In this document: positions 13,901 through 26,711 of the stretch, piece after piece | How positions within the stretch are numbered: position 1 is the stretch's first letter | Layout of the letters: each line of letters begins with the position of its first letter | From: Trichoplax adhaerens | Lineage: Eukaryota > Animalia > Placozoa | Reading direction: 5' to 3' | Length of the DNA: 64,000 bases | NCBI RefSeq assembly: GCF_000150275.1 | Contig: NW_002060943.1 | Span: 11,160,878 to 11,224,877, forward strand | The notes under the pieces: model-generated | What the model was told of the DNA's origin: nothing | The model's database searches: none | Seen by the model: only the letters and a program-made list of their open reading frames with translations | Made by a program: the position numbers and the translations under genes

Positions 13901-16220
13901 ATTCTGATTAGGTAAATTTTATGGTCATATTTTAATAAGTTTATTTTAAGAGAATAATATTTAGTATTTAAGTGATTCGTTGAAATTGGTGATATGCTAT
14001 ACATACATTTATTTATGAAGTAAATAAATAATGACTGAAGAATAGGTTACTGAGACAAATTTTAAATAAAAGTCTAAAATTAGTAGTTTTATGCATACAT
14101 AGCGTGCTTACTATTGTACATTCAAAAGTATTAATTATTAAAGCGACTTGCCTTAAAATATTGAAATGAACCGGCAAAGATATATCAAAGGATTAGTCAA
14201 TGAATTAAACTATTTCATATTAATAATTAAGTAGATGTTGAAATTATACACTAATCATATCTCAACAATTACATAAATGATCGTTAGTAAAACACTAATA
14301 TAGTAAAATTACCTATTCAGTAACCTTAATGAAATTAGTCTGAGAAGGGCACAATATTACTACTATTTATGATAAAAGCATCTCCCTGTGAAGGTTGATC
14401 CAAAAATAACTTTAGATCATGACGGTTGCAAAAAAATTGCACACTTTATTCAGTATAGAGCCCACTGACCATGAGTTTTACTGGGTAACCACATAATTAA
14501 TTGCAATTAAAATCTATGTTGCGATATAATAGATAATTTAATTTAGCAGTAGTTTAAGGATTCTTGCATTACTAATGTACATCAGTATCACAGCTGATCT
14601 GATATCAGTTATATATCTGAAGTAGAATTCTGTAATGTTATTTTCTGCTTAAAACTTAATACTGAGAATATTAATTACAATACTAAATTAAATTTAAATT
14701 CAAAGTAAGTGATAATTATAGTATAGGCCATCGAAATGCAGGTGTATCAGTTATGAAGTGCGCGTTTGTCGGTATTTAACTAATATGCGCATCTTCTGTG
14801 TAATAAATTCGATACTACTTATGCAGCGATCATTTAGGCAAAAGAGTTTTGCATTACAAACTCATGACAGTAGTGTTATGTCCGGTAAGTTGCTTAAACA
14901 GACTAAGCGATAATGTGAAAAGAAATCTGTATAAAGAAACAATAAGTTGATCGAAAATCGTTCTGGATAAACAGAATCTCTTGGAAACTTAGTTACAGTC
15001 ACGTATAACATATTGTTAGGCGAGGATAAATATACTATCCATTTAGGATATGTAATTTTCTTTTACAAACCGTTATACCGTATAAACTTATTGAAATTCT
15101 TTACGTCTATTTCAAAATGTTTACATTATATTGAAAATTGCAAACAATACTCGTATTTGTAAAGATAGGTATTAAATTATTAAATTTATGAAATTAGAAA
15201 ATAATGGTATTTCGTTCTGAAATAGATAAATTTATATTAAATCAATCTGTAAATATTATTGAAAAAGCAATTAACTATAACAATGTCAAATTAGTCGATT
15301 GCTACTTTTCGTTCGATTTAACATTTTTATTGACTTTTAAATAATATAAATTGTAATGTTACTGTCGTATAGATACTTATAACGCTATTATGTATGCATG
15401 ATGACAATAATTTTACTTATATTTCTTTAATTTATTTCCGTAAATTAATTTGATTAATGCTACTAATAAATGATGTAATTAATTAATTAATGCATAAAGA
15501 AGTAATTTTGCATTGAAAAGGAATTTTAGTAGTTATTAGTCAAATCAATCTGAAAATTTGGGGATTATACGCTAACAAAGCTCTAGAAAGTCATAATAGT
15601 AAGTTTTCTGCGATAACTTTTAGTATCTCGTAGCGCTGTCGTAGCAATATACGTATAAGCTTAGCCCGCCAGTAAAATAATACATCTTATTATTACACGG
15701 TAGATAAAATAGCATCTTTGATCTAGTTCAAAAACTTAAATAGCATATTTTCTAGATTTATATTGCACACTCGCAATTTGCCAAGTTATAAACTCCTTCA
15801 GGTAGCTAAGTCTAAAAGTTTATTTGCAGTAAATTTAGCAGCTTAGCTAGTACTGCGTGTTACTGTCTCATTGATAGTTAATAATTTTAACTGTTTTATG
15901 TAATATGAGAAAGGCACTGAGAAGGAAGAAAAGCATATCAGTTGTTTTACGGTATTAAATAGACATATGCTGACTGCATTAGAAACATTGATCCGTAAAT
16001 TTCAGTCTAGTAGTAATGATTGCATTTACTGCAATGAAAATCTAATCGATAAATAAATAGACATAGTCAGTTGTACAAATATAAGCATATCAGCATTTTG
16101 TGCCTTGCAAATATGCAAGTGTTACACGCTATTAACTCGTGTCTCATCATCATCAACTTTCAATAGCTTCGTTTTAAACTGTATTGCACTACGACATACT
16201 AAGGATATTTATATTAAAAG

Positions 16221-17279
16221 ATGGCTTTGAATGCAACCATGGTAGCAGCGCAAGTGAATTATCCTACGAAAGATCCTAGTTTGGTCCCAGGCGTTGTTAT
16301 ATCTTATGCTATTCTTGGTGTACTAATAGTATTAACTAATAGTTCTATACTACTAATCATGCTTCTACGGAAACAATCGCTTGTGCCTCAAAATTATTTG
16401 ATGATTAGCCTATTTATTGACGATATCCTATTTGCTTGTCTTTACATTTTCCCGCGATTTTTAAATCCTTTTTGGATTAGAGATATCCAGTACTGCGCTA
16501 TACTGCCAGCTCTTGGTCAGATGATTATCGTAAATACTAATCTGCACTTATGTTGGATTAGTGTAGAAAAATACATAGCAATTGGATACCCAAGATGGCA
16601 TAAATTACACGTTAGGAGAGCTTTTACATTACCTGCAATCATTCTTACTTGGTTTATATCTCTTTTATTCGTCTGTTATCCGTACTTCGATTTTCGAGAT
16701 TTGGGTCCTATTAGCTGTTTTTTGGGAGGGCCTCGAGATAAAGAGTTTCGTTTTGAGCTTGTACTTTATTCTTTCTTGTTCTTTATTCCACTTATTGCAA
16801 TGTCTATAACATATACCAGAATATTTATAGTTGCTAAAAGGCTTTCCAGTAAATCTTTTCAGAAGCATCGATATTCTGGATTGGCAGAAAATGGACGTTG
16901 TGAAGACTTATCGATTAACCAAGTTTATACGAAGCAACGTGTGAAACATCATTATAAAACTGCTAAAGTTCTTGGTGCTATGGTTAGTGTCTTCTTTATT
17001 GGTTGGTTTCCATTCGTATCAATTTCTATCGTACTTCGATCGATGGATTACCAAGTTATTCCTCAAAATCTTTATACAGTAGTCGGAATTATTCGCTATA
17101 TAGCATTTTCAACTTTAATTATTAATCCTATTTTATACGGGTACTTTATTGCCGAAGTAAGGCAGACAATTGCTAGAGCTACGAAATGTACCCATAGATC
17201 TACTGGTGCGCTTCAAGCTCCACGAATTGAACCTCTTACAGTAGCTTTCAGAAATGCTATAAATGTTAAAAATGCTTAA
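16221..17279 (+). CDS. Orphan rhodopsin-like (class A) GPCR, intronless CDS, 352 aa
   Basis: Seven hydrophobic segments with class A landmarks: TM1 Asn (LTNSS), TM2 Asp (LFIDD), TM3 Cys plus ISVEKY (a DRY variant), TM4 Trp, TM5 FFIPL..Y, TM6 GWFPF and TM7 NPILY. There is an N-terminal NAT sequon and an acceptor (TTTCAATAG) 54 nt before the ATG. Confidence 0.95.
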   Translation: MALNATMVAAQVNYPTKDPSLVPGVVISYAILGVLIVLTNSSILLIMLLRKQSLVPQNYLMISLFIDDILFACLYIFPRFLNPFWIRDIQYCAILPALGQMIIVNTNLHLCWISVEKYIAIGYPRWHKLHVRRAFTLPAIILTWFISLLFVCYPYFDFRDLGPISCFLGGPRDKEFRFELVLYSFLFFIPLIAMSITYTRIFIVAKRLSSKSFQKHRYSGLAENGRCEDLSINQVYTKQRVKHHYKTAKVLGAMVSVFFIGWFPFVSISIVLRSMDYQVIPQNLYTVVGIIRYIAFSTLIINPILYGYFIAEVRQTIARATKCTHRSTGALQAPRIEPLTVAFRNAINVKNA

Positions 17280-20200
17280 TTAAATATAAATATTGAAGTA
17301 CTGCTTCTAAGATATTGTAACATTTATTTTAGTAGAACTATGATTATATCAATTTAGTGTAATGTGTTAGAACATTATTTCATTTTTGATCTACTGTACT
17401 GCTAAATTGTGAGAAAAGTGTAATACCCGTATAACCTTAATCATAGAGTTTGCCGATATGCTTCTATGAACTGCTACAAAAGCCTTCATTCGTGTTTAAT
17501 TTACTGATTAACTAATATGCAAGCATGCAATTATGCGTATTTAGATATCTGTAGAATTCCGGACAGTGTTACAATTTTTCCCCATTTATCGATCATTTTT
17601 CTACAATTGCGGGTTATAAATTAGATAATGATCAACATCTCCTCAAATCGGCATTCGCATTATTGACTGTGTATAAACGTAGCATATAAAATTGATCCTT
17701 GAATGATATACCGTAATCATGATATAATACGCCAGAAATTGCGTAGTTAACTGAAATTGAATACTAATAAATTATAGCGCTTTTAATTGCTTAAAAATTC
17801 TAACAGCTGTACAAATTTTAAAGCCATAAGACCCTAATAGGTTTAAATATTTCTATATAGTCAATAACTTGTAAATTTTCAATTTGTGAGAATAGGATGA
17901 TGGTGGTATCCGTACTATGTTACGTTGTTACTTACATTTATATAGAAACAACATCTTGTAATACTATCAAGATTTGATTATTTTCAACGTTATGATTAAC
18001 AAGATTTTAACCTGAATATAACTGTATACGTGTTCAATACCAATTTCAATACCAATTTACTTTCATGCAATAATATTGCACTATACTGTACAGTATTATG
18101 CGTACACGGATCAATCATTTATGATTTAAGTAGATCTTGCTATACCATGCGCACTCGATTATATCAATTATCTCGGGCAATGTACTCGTAAAAACCAAAA
18201 TATTGTATGAGCCTGCCACGCCACGTCCCGCTGAAGCCTTCGTTTATATCTCTCTTCTACAAAATATTACGCTACTACGAGTATAGGAACAATTTTCTTA
18301 GTATTATCTCCTAGCGAACTACTCGTAGCTCTAAGTTAAGTCTTCCATAATACTTAAAAGTGATAAAAATGCTGATGTTTTACCTAGTGAGAGTCTAGTA
18401 CTCGTGCTTCAATTTTATTTTCACCTGATTCTTTTTTAAAGGATGTTCTACATTTTACAGTCATATAGAACAATAAAGTATAACTAATGGCCCTAACATT
18501 ACAATTCACTATTTGATGTTCTAATAGTGATCCTGAAAAATGAAACGATGTAGAAGATTGCAGTGATGCACCCATATTTGATTCTACGGATAGCTATATT
18601 TGATATAGTCGGGTTATTTTGAATAGATACTAGTGCAAACTCCCGTCGCTTTGCTGACGGTTTACGATAATGTGCTCATTTAACAGATAGTATTACCATT
18701 TGTCATAGACCTGTAATTGACTAATTATGATACAAGATTTATGTAGCTAGAAACACTATAGTTGTTAACGTTAATAGTAGTAGTGACATCTTAAGTAGAA
18801 TGATTTAGATTGTAGAAAAGAAAGATGTACTATTAGAGAAAAGTATTTTGTTTGATGACTCATATCTGACAGTAGATTAATCAAGTTGTCATCAATAGAT
18901 CCAACGAAATGTTTCTAAGACCTGCAGAGATGGGCGCATGGAAGAGAAGAGACTTCACTTCGCTTTGAGCTCAGAATACTTTCGATTGTAGACTACATTC
19001 TTGTAGTAATTCACTATTGCTCTACTATTCCTCAAACCTTGTAATAAAAGCCTTTTCGAAAATACCATTTGACTATGATAGTTATTGTGAGACGCATTTA
19101 TTACAAAGATATATTCTTTTTTCTTGTAATTGAAGCCAATTTTGAGTACAATCAATTGTATCGGGCTTTATGCCATTCATTTTGATCAATAGGAGTAAAG
19201 TGGATCAAGTTTATTTTTTTCAATAAGACCGATCAGCCCATATATTACTTTAGGATACGACGTCTATCATTTAGCCCCATGACCATTACAGAAATGGGAA
19301 GATACGCAAGTTAGACGGCGATTATATGGTATTAGGCAATAAATGTAGTCAAGGCGGATATACTCGTATTGTTGAATCTAATGATCAACTCTTGTATTAT
19401 GAGCTATACAGTATCAAGGCTCAGTTACATTGAATATTTCTCGTTCTTTCATTCTACTAGTAATGCGATATGTTGTTATCGGCATTATTTCATCTAGTTT
19501 TATCTTCAATTGTATAGTTTATCGCCAGTCATGATCGAGACCGTCAGTATCATTCCTTGAAATGATTACTCGTAAAATGATCACCATTACAAATGATATG
19601 TTTTACAATAGTGGGGTTATCTGTGCAATCGAATACTGTTGCTGAGGTAGGTAACTAAACAGTGATTGTAAATTACCGGATCTGAGATCTGCAGCAATAT
19701 CGGAATTGCGTACTATGCATAAATCTTCCAAGAATAATAATGACCGGGAATGGCTGTAATATTTCGATGCACAGCTATCTACATATATCCATTACAAGAC
19801 ATAAGTATTTTAATTCTCTTTGTCTCAGTTTCATTGATACTCCAACTTCAGTAACCGATACGAGAACAACTAGAATACATTATGCCTACTGTCCATTTTG
19901 ACCTCGATACATCAATGCAGACTTGGGAAGTTAGTCTTATTGACTAAATTATCATCATTGTGATGTTTTAGATCAATGGCCATTTAGCCTTCTGCGTAAG
20001 ATATGCACACCAGTAATATCTTTTTACTGCTACATTATAAGAATGATGAATAAACTTTGTGATTCTTTCCACTTGGGTAGAGACTGGAGATTAGGTCGAC
20101 AACTCGAGATATGCGCACACATACGAGTATCCGAGTACTGTAGAAAAAATCAGGAGGGTGCCATGGTCAAGGTTTGCTATGAAGTTCCCGATATTGGAAA

Positions 20201-21805
20201 AATGTGCATAGAAACATAGCTTGAAACACCAACTGCGCTCTTTTTATGAATAGAACTGCTGATAGTAATTCATAGCACTGTACCATTATTGTTTGAACTT
20301 CAAAAGCTCACCGTAACCCCTTGGTTATGTTGAACTGTAAAGTAGATTTCAAGAAAGTGCGAAAGTCCTGCTGTCATGATGGAGTAGTCTAGTCCACCAT
20401 ACTATCCTGAGTCAGCATGACTCGCCTACTTCACCTTGATGCAGAATAGTTCAATGATGGACTATGGTACTACCCATACTGTACGTACAGTCTACTACTG
20501 TCCATTGTAAAACTAAAATTGAATAGTAACGTCGTATACAGTAGGCAATTCGACCTCTAGCAGCCCAACTACCATCGATTATTATCAGCCACGGACAATA
20601 CTTGCGTATCATAATAATAGTGATCCTATTAGGAATATTGGACACATTCACGGACTGTATGGTCGTATTGATGTTGATTGACTTATTTATGTTTTATTTT
20701 TTATTATGGACGAATTACGAGCTTGGATAGAGAATTGGAGTGTCGAAATGTCACAAAACAGCCTTGCAACAAGATAACATAATGTACGATCAATTAGTCA
20801 ATTCCTTGAATCACGTATCAAGTAACGATATCTGCACTATCAGAAACACTTTTGCTGTACTAGCAGACTACACAAAGACTTAAACGCCTCGTATTTTACG
20901 TTGAGCACTAAGTTTGAGAATCCACTTTATTACACGATATACTGCATTTATATACTATTCCTCAATAGTTCATGAGTCATAGTTAGTACGATTAACTTTG
21001 GAATCATGTACTGAATTAGATATTAATTATAGCTACTGCTCCCTTAATTAATGCAGATAACGGTATTTACCAACATAGACATCTGATGACTAATACAGAA
21101 TAGTCAGATTACGATATGTCCTATCACGGAACATTTCCACCATAATTTACAATCTACCATAAGTAGATGATTTGCATTCCCTATTATAACTATTAATTCA
21201 GTATGTGTATATGTGTCCCTGTCATAAAAAGTCAGTGCTATATTAAAACACAGTATTGTATATCCAAATTAGAAGTTAACTAAATAAGGATAGGCTAACA
21301 GAATTATCCTAACATAGATATTTCTCTCTAATACAGTATATGACACTGTCACACGAAAGTGATGTATGACCAACTTAATTTGGATCCAATCTGTTGCAAA
21401 TTCCCTGTCAAATGTACCGTCGATCAAGCATGGCCGACAGACATGACTGCTGATCATTCGTGTGTCGTCATTGCTGACGGTAGTAGCGTGTCCATAGTAC
21501 AGTACTATTAATAACCCTTAATATATAATCTTGAAGTGTGCAAGTAATGTCTCAGGGACTACTAAAAGCTAGCGTAGTCCAGTCTTTGTCCATCAGATTT
21601 TATGTTTGTTGTGTCTGAATTCTCCTGTCAGTCAGAGTGTAGAGGAAGAAGCAAATTTAAAGGACATGGTGTACAATCAGGACTTTTGAAAGGATAGAAA
21701 CAGCCATGGTGTAGAGTGTGGATCATCGTTCTGCTTTATTTGTATGGGTACGGTTACTATGGTACTAAGGTACACTCACTCACTGGTTCAGTAGCATGGA
21801 CTACT

Positions 21806-22032
21806 ATACACTGTATACAGTACTAGAAAAAGACCAGTCTTCTAGTAGACCCTGTCCGCTACAGTGTACAGTGTACCGCATACAACACATAGTACTGTAA
21901 GGGGTATACTGTACACTGTAGTGGACCGTACTGTACGGTATGAAACCTCCCCTAGATGCAGTACTGTACCATATTGTGTACAGCACAATATGGACTGTAC
22001 TGTGGTAACACTGGAAACTCCAGCAACAGTAC
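21806..22032. repeat. CAGTA/TACTG-rich tract upstream of SNRK
   Basis: Dense TACAG/TACTG/TGTACA words lie about 450-670 bp upstream of the SNRK ATG. Confidence 0.75.
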
Positions 22033-22476
22033 ATAAACGATGGAAAAATTTTTTGAAAAAACGATACCAAACATTGCCAACGGGTGCGACGATTGGCCAT
22101 TTTTAAACAGCCAGTAAAGGAAACGTCAAGACGATTAACGTAATTGGCATCAATATTAAGTTTATTCTTCATTATCTTCAAGCTACTTCTATTCGTTCGT
22201 TCTGATATTATTCCTAGTGCCGACAATAAATTACCGCTTGATAAGAGTAATCAACGTTACCCGAATAGAGTGGAAGTGGATCAGTGTACAAATAGTAAAA
22301 TTGCCGTTGTAGTCATCACTTGGGACATCACCAAATACTGGACTACATCGGATTGGATTGGATGAGCCGAATTGACTATTTTACTCTACTTTTATCAACA
22401 TCGCCGCCATTACCGACCGTATTGATGTATTAAAATGATAGTATGCGTAATGTAGCTGACAACACGGCTATCCGAA

Positions 22477-25400
22477 ATGGCATATCAAGAAAAGGAAAGC
22501 CAAATCGCTGGTCTATACGATTTAAAACAAACCTTAGGGAAAGGGCATTTTTCAGTTGTTAAATTGGCCAAACACGCATTTACCGGCGAAGAAGTAGCGG
22601 TGAAAGTCATCGACAAGACGAAACTGGATGATGTATCCAAATCTCATCTTTATGAAGAAGTTCGCTGTATGCAATTGGTACAACACCCCAATATTGTACG
22701 TTTATATCATGTTATCGAAACTCAAACCAAACTATATTTAGTACTTGAACTAGGCAAAGGCGGAGATCTATACGATTATTTACTTAAACATGACAATGGT
22801 TTACCAGAAGATGAAGCTCGATATTATTTTCGACAGATTGTTCTCGGTATCGCTTATTGCCATCGTTTACATGTTGTTCATCGGGATTTAAAACCAGAAA
22901 ATGTTGTATTTTTTGAAAATTTCTCTACTGTCAAGTTAACCGATTTTGGTTTCTCCAACCGTTTTATGCCTGGCCAAATGCTATCGACATCATGCGGTTC
23001 CTTAGCATATTCTGCCCCAGAAATTTTACTTGGTGATGCCTACGATGCTCCTAAAGTGGGTAAGATTCATTCCGTTGAATAATGACTAATTATCGTCGGT
23101 AATGTAGATTGTCTTAATTTCATTAAAAAAAAAAATGGATTCATTCAAAATCTTGTGTAAAGTGCTTAAGTTTTGAATTACTGATCATAATTACGTGATG
23201 TGACATCAAATTGAATGACATGAAATTTTTTCTTTCACCAGCATTCGTTTTCATATGTTGATCAATCTATCTTTATGTAGATATTTGGAGCCTTGGCGTT
23301 ATTCTGTATATGTTAGCAACTGGTCAACCACCGTTTATGGAGGCTAATGATAGCGAAACGTTATCCATGATCATGGATTGTAAATATAATTTACCACCAC
23401 AACTGTCATCATCTTGTAACGAGTAAGAACTTTACCGTATACCGTAATTAATAGCAGCGTTTTCATAAATATAAACTATCAATTGATGTACAGTACAATC
23501 AATATACAGTAAGATGTCAAAAAAGACTATACTTATAGTCAATAAATTAGCCTTTTCAAAAATGCAGTAACTTTCTGCTAAGTGATATCTGTTCATCATA
23601 CAATGCTGGGCTGACATATGCTATTTGGGGTACTTTTCATCTTAACCTTTTTCAGATTAATATGTAATTTGTTGATTCGTGATCCCATGAAGAGATTTAC
23701 TCTGCAACAAATCTGGGACCATCCTTGGATAAGGAATGGCCCGGAAGATTCATTACAAAAGCAATTATCTTCAACAACGCTGAGCAATAATACCCCTCAC
23801 TTATCTCCAGAAGAGCATAACATCGTTGTACAAAAGATGATCAATGGGAGAATAGCAGATAAAGATGTCATTAATAGGTAATACCAATGATAAGTTAAAA
23901 TTTAATTGCAATCGCTCGCCCAGTCAGTATCATAATATTTGGGTTGCCATCAACAATTTTTTTTGATGGATTGAAGAATAGTAGAATTATTTCCTGCACT
24001 TGGCATAGTACTGTAAAATGGACGATTCGTAAATAGTAAATCAGTTAGCAAATGCTACACTATGACATCATAGTAGTAATGTTTATCACTACCTATTGTA
24101 TTACAACCATGATGAATTCGTTCACAATTATCATTGTTTTTTTTTATTCTGTAAGACAACTGGAAGCTAACAATTACAACCATATTACTGCGACATATTA
24201 CCTTTTGGCGGAAAAAAGTTTAAGGAAGAAAAAATCTTCACCCAAAAAATCACATTCCAATCACCCCAAAATAAAAAAGATTTCCGCAACTATTGCTCCT
24301 AATCTGAAAGGAGACCATCTTCCAGTATCCAAAATGTATTCATCTATACCCGGGTAAAAATAATTCATAGACGTTATTACAATATACTTAACAATTGAAT
24401 TGAATTACTTATTTCAAACGCTCTCGTCTTTCTGATCGCAATTATTGACATGAGTCTCTGTTGTCCTTTTTTTGATCAGCTATGGTAAGAAAGTAGAAGA
24501 GATTGAAGAAGATTCTGAAGAGGAGTCGTCCAATAAATTTCGATGTCGTACACGCTCCCTTGTTTTGAAAAAAAATCCAATGGAAGATGATCAGAATCTA
24601 GATATTAAAGACCAACCTACCAAAGACCGTAGTCTGTTAGATACTGTTGACGATAATTCCGTTAGAACTCTACAGCAAGAGCGTAATAGTATATCTCAAT
24701 TGTTACCGTATAATGATGATAAGAATAAAAATATCAATACCAGAGGAGATAAGATACTATCAGTGAAAGCCCCTCTTTTGACAAACGTCGGAAAATTTAG
24801 TGTTCCCAAAGCATTGGATTTAATTGCTGAAGGGGAATCTGAAGATGATGAAATACGTAATCCTCCAATGTTGAAACATTCTCGATCGACCGGTAAAATG
24901 AAACGTAAAGTATTTCCTCATGAAGCTTTGCAAGATAGTGACAAAGTAGCTACAAGCTCTGATGAAGATGAACCGAAGCCTAAAGTTGGAGGTGTTCCCC
25001 ATAGCAACTTACAAATCAGGCGAACCCATTCACAAGATGTAAACGATGTTAATAGAAATCGAATTTTTACAAATACGGCTACAAGACAATTAGTGAAACA
25101 GAGAAAAAAAGGATACGTTGTGGGGAAGTTACCGTTAAAGACGATCGAATCTTGCAGCAGTGCAGATGTTTCTGATGACGCTGGTAGTGGTGATGATCGA
25201 GGTATTTTTATTCCAGATATTAAAAAAGGTAAATTACCAACTATACCCGGAGTCCCTGAAGATAGTTCAACTAATAACCAATTAGCAATAAAAAGTGACA
25301 ATGTCACACATAAGAAACTACCAGAAGAAGAGATAGATCAAACTGCCCAAGATGTAATTCACCCTAAAACAAATATCTCAGTGCAAACTAACACAATAGA

Positions 25401-25566
25401 TCAATCAGCTGATATAGTTTCAAGTGCTGAAAGTATTAATTCGCTTGCATCTGGTAATAAGAATGCTGTAAAAGAAAAAAGTGCCGCTTTCTTAACTCCT
25501 GAAGCTAATCTTAAGGAAACTACTATAAGACGTAACTCAAACTCTAGTATTTGTGTCATCAATTAA
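22477..25566 (+). CDS. SNRK: SNF-related serine/threonine kinase (AMPK family), 5 coding exons
   Basis: Diagnostic SNRK sequence: [74 protein letters not shown]../[30 protein letters not shown], a UBA domain ending [14 protein letters not shown], and the C-terminal motif [10 protein letters not shown]. Exons are 22477-23059, 23281-23422, 23656-23877, 24156-24353 and 24480-25566, with consistent phases. Confidence 0.97.
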
Positions 25567-26711
25567 ATAGGTCTGGTCTGCTTTTCCTGAATTAAATATC
25601 TATAATCCATAAACTAAAAAGTTTTACGATGTTATAATCGTATCTATCTGTATTATTTGTTATGATTTTAATTTATACACACTGGAGTCCTATCGCTAAA
25701 AGTTGTACAGACAAAAATAGTGTCTTGTACAGTTGAATGTAAGTATATGACCCAGTTGAAACATTCATATCTACCCCTACCAGTCCTACTGTATATTTAA
25801 GGGTTTTCATACGTTACATAATTCCTACTATTGTTATTGACAAAATCGTTAGGAAGTACTGTATATATACTGGAAACGGAAAAGAAGGATAAAGAATTTT
25901 AGTAAAGTATAAATATGTATGCGCATATATATAATGTGATTTGGAATCTACTTCCCTAAATTAATAATAACAAATGACCAAAATCGATGGATATTGTATT
26001 CATTATATATATATATTTAAAATTTTACCATTACCGTAATATTTTTGTAAATTAACTTGATAACGGGTAGTTGCAACGATGTAATTAACAAAAAGCTTGC
26101 AGTATGTAAGCGGCGTTTTACATATTAATTAAGCAATTCGAACGATGCAGCACATAATCCACTGTTTCGTACAATTTATAACATATGTCGATACTTTGTT
26201 ACAGAAATTTTGCTATCGTTATGAATTGTAATATCTTATTCGATACCTTCACTGATTTCAAATGTAAAAGTTAAGCCTAAATAATAAATTGTTTATTAAC
26301 AACGTTTTTGTACACGGATTCTGAGCGAAGTATTTCAAACTTCGATAATCCAATAAAATTTTTCTGCTATTAGATAAACCTCTATTTGTATAGCACTTTT
26401 AAGTTAAAGCCTCAATATTCAATAAAGAATCTTGAATACCACAATAAAAGTGACGATGAAAGTAAATAGTCAAGAATAGATCGTTACTTGCGGCTAAGTA
26501 AGCTCTAGCACTGACTGAATACAGATTGATAATTTAGATGCGAATGCCGACCTTGCAAGAATTTACACAACGTTACATAGTACAATACTAAATATTGTGC
26601 AGTCTTAGTCATCAAGCTTTATAGGTAGTAGGATAGCTCAACTTGCCCACAATCAATAAATGTACTATATATAGCAGCATAATTTGCAGATTAAAAATTT
26701 CTTGATAATCA

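Noticed and set aside
16221-17279. Opsin or biogenic-amine receptor identity for the GPCR, tempting because TAT is adjacent
   Set aside because: There is no Lys at 7.43 and no Asp at 3.32, and adjacency to TAT is not evidence of a shared pathway.
19275-19433. Open stretch of about 50 codons (…NGKIRKLDGDYMVLGNKCSQGGYTRIVES…) between the GPCR and SNRK
   Set aside because: It has no recognisable homology and no convincing exon boundaries or neighbouring exons.
24820-25307. Antisense ORFs over SNRK (and similar ones over TAT, the GPCR, VARP 34603-34971 and IST1)
   Set aside because: They are shadows of real coding exons with no recognisable domains or splice support.
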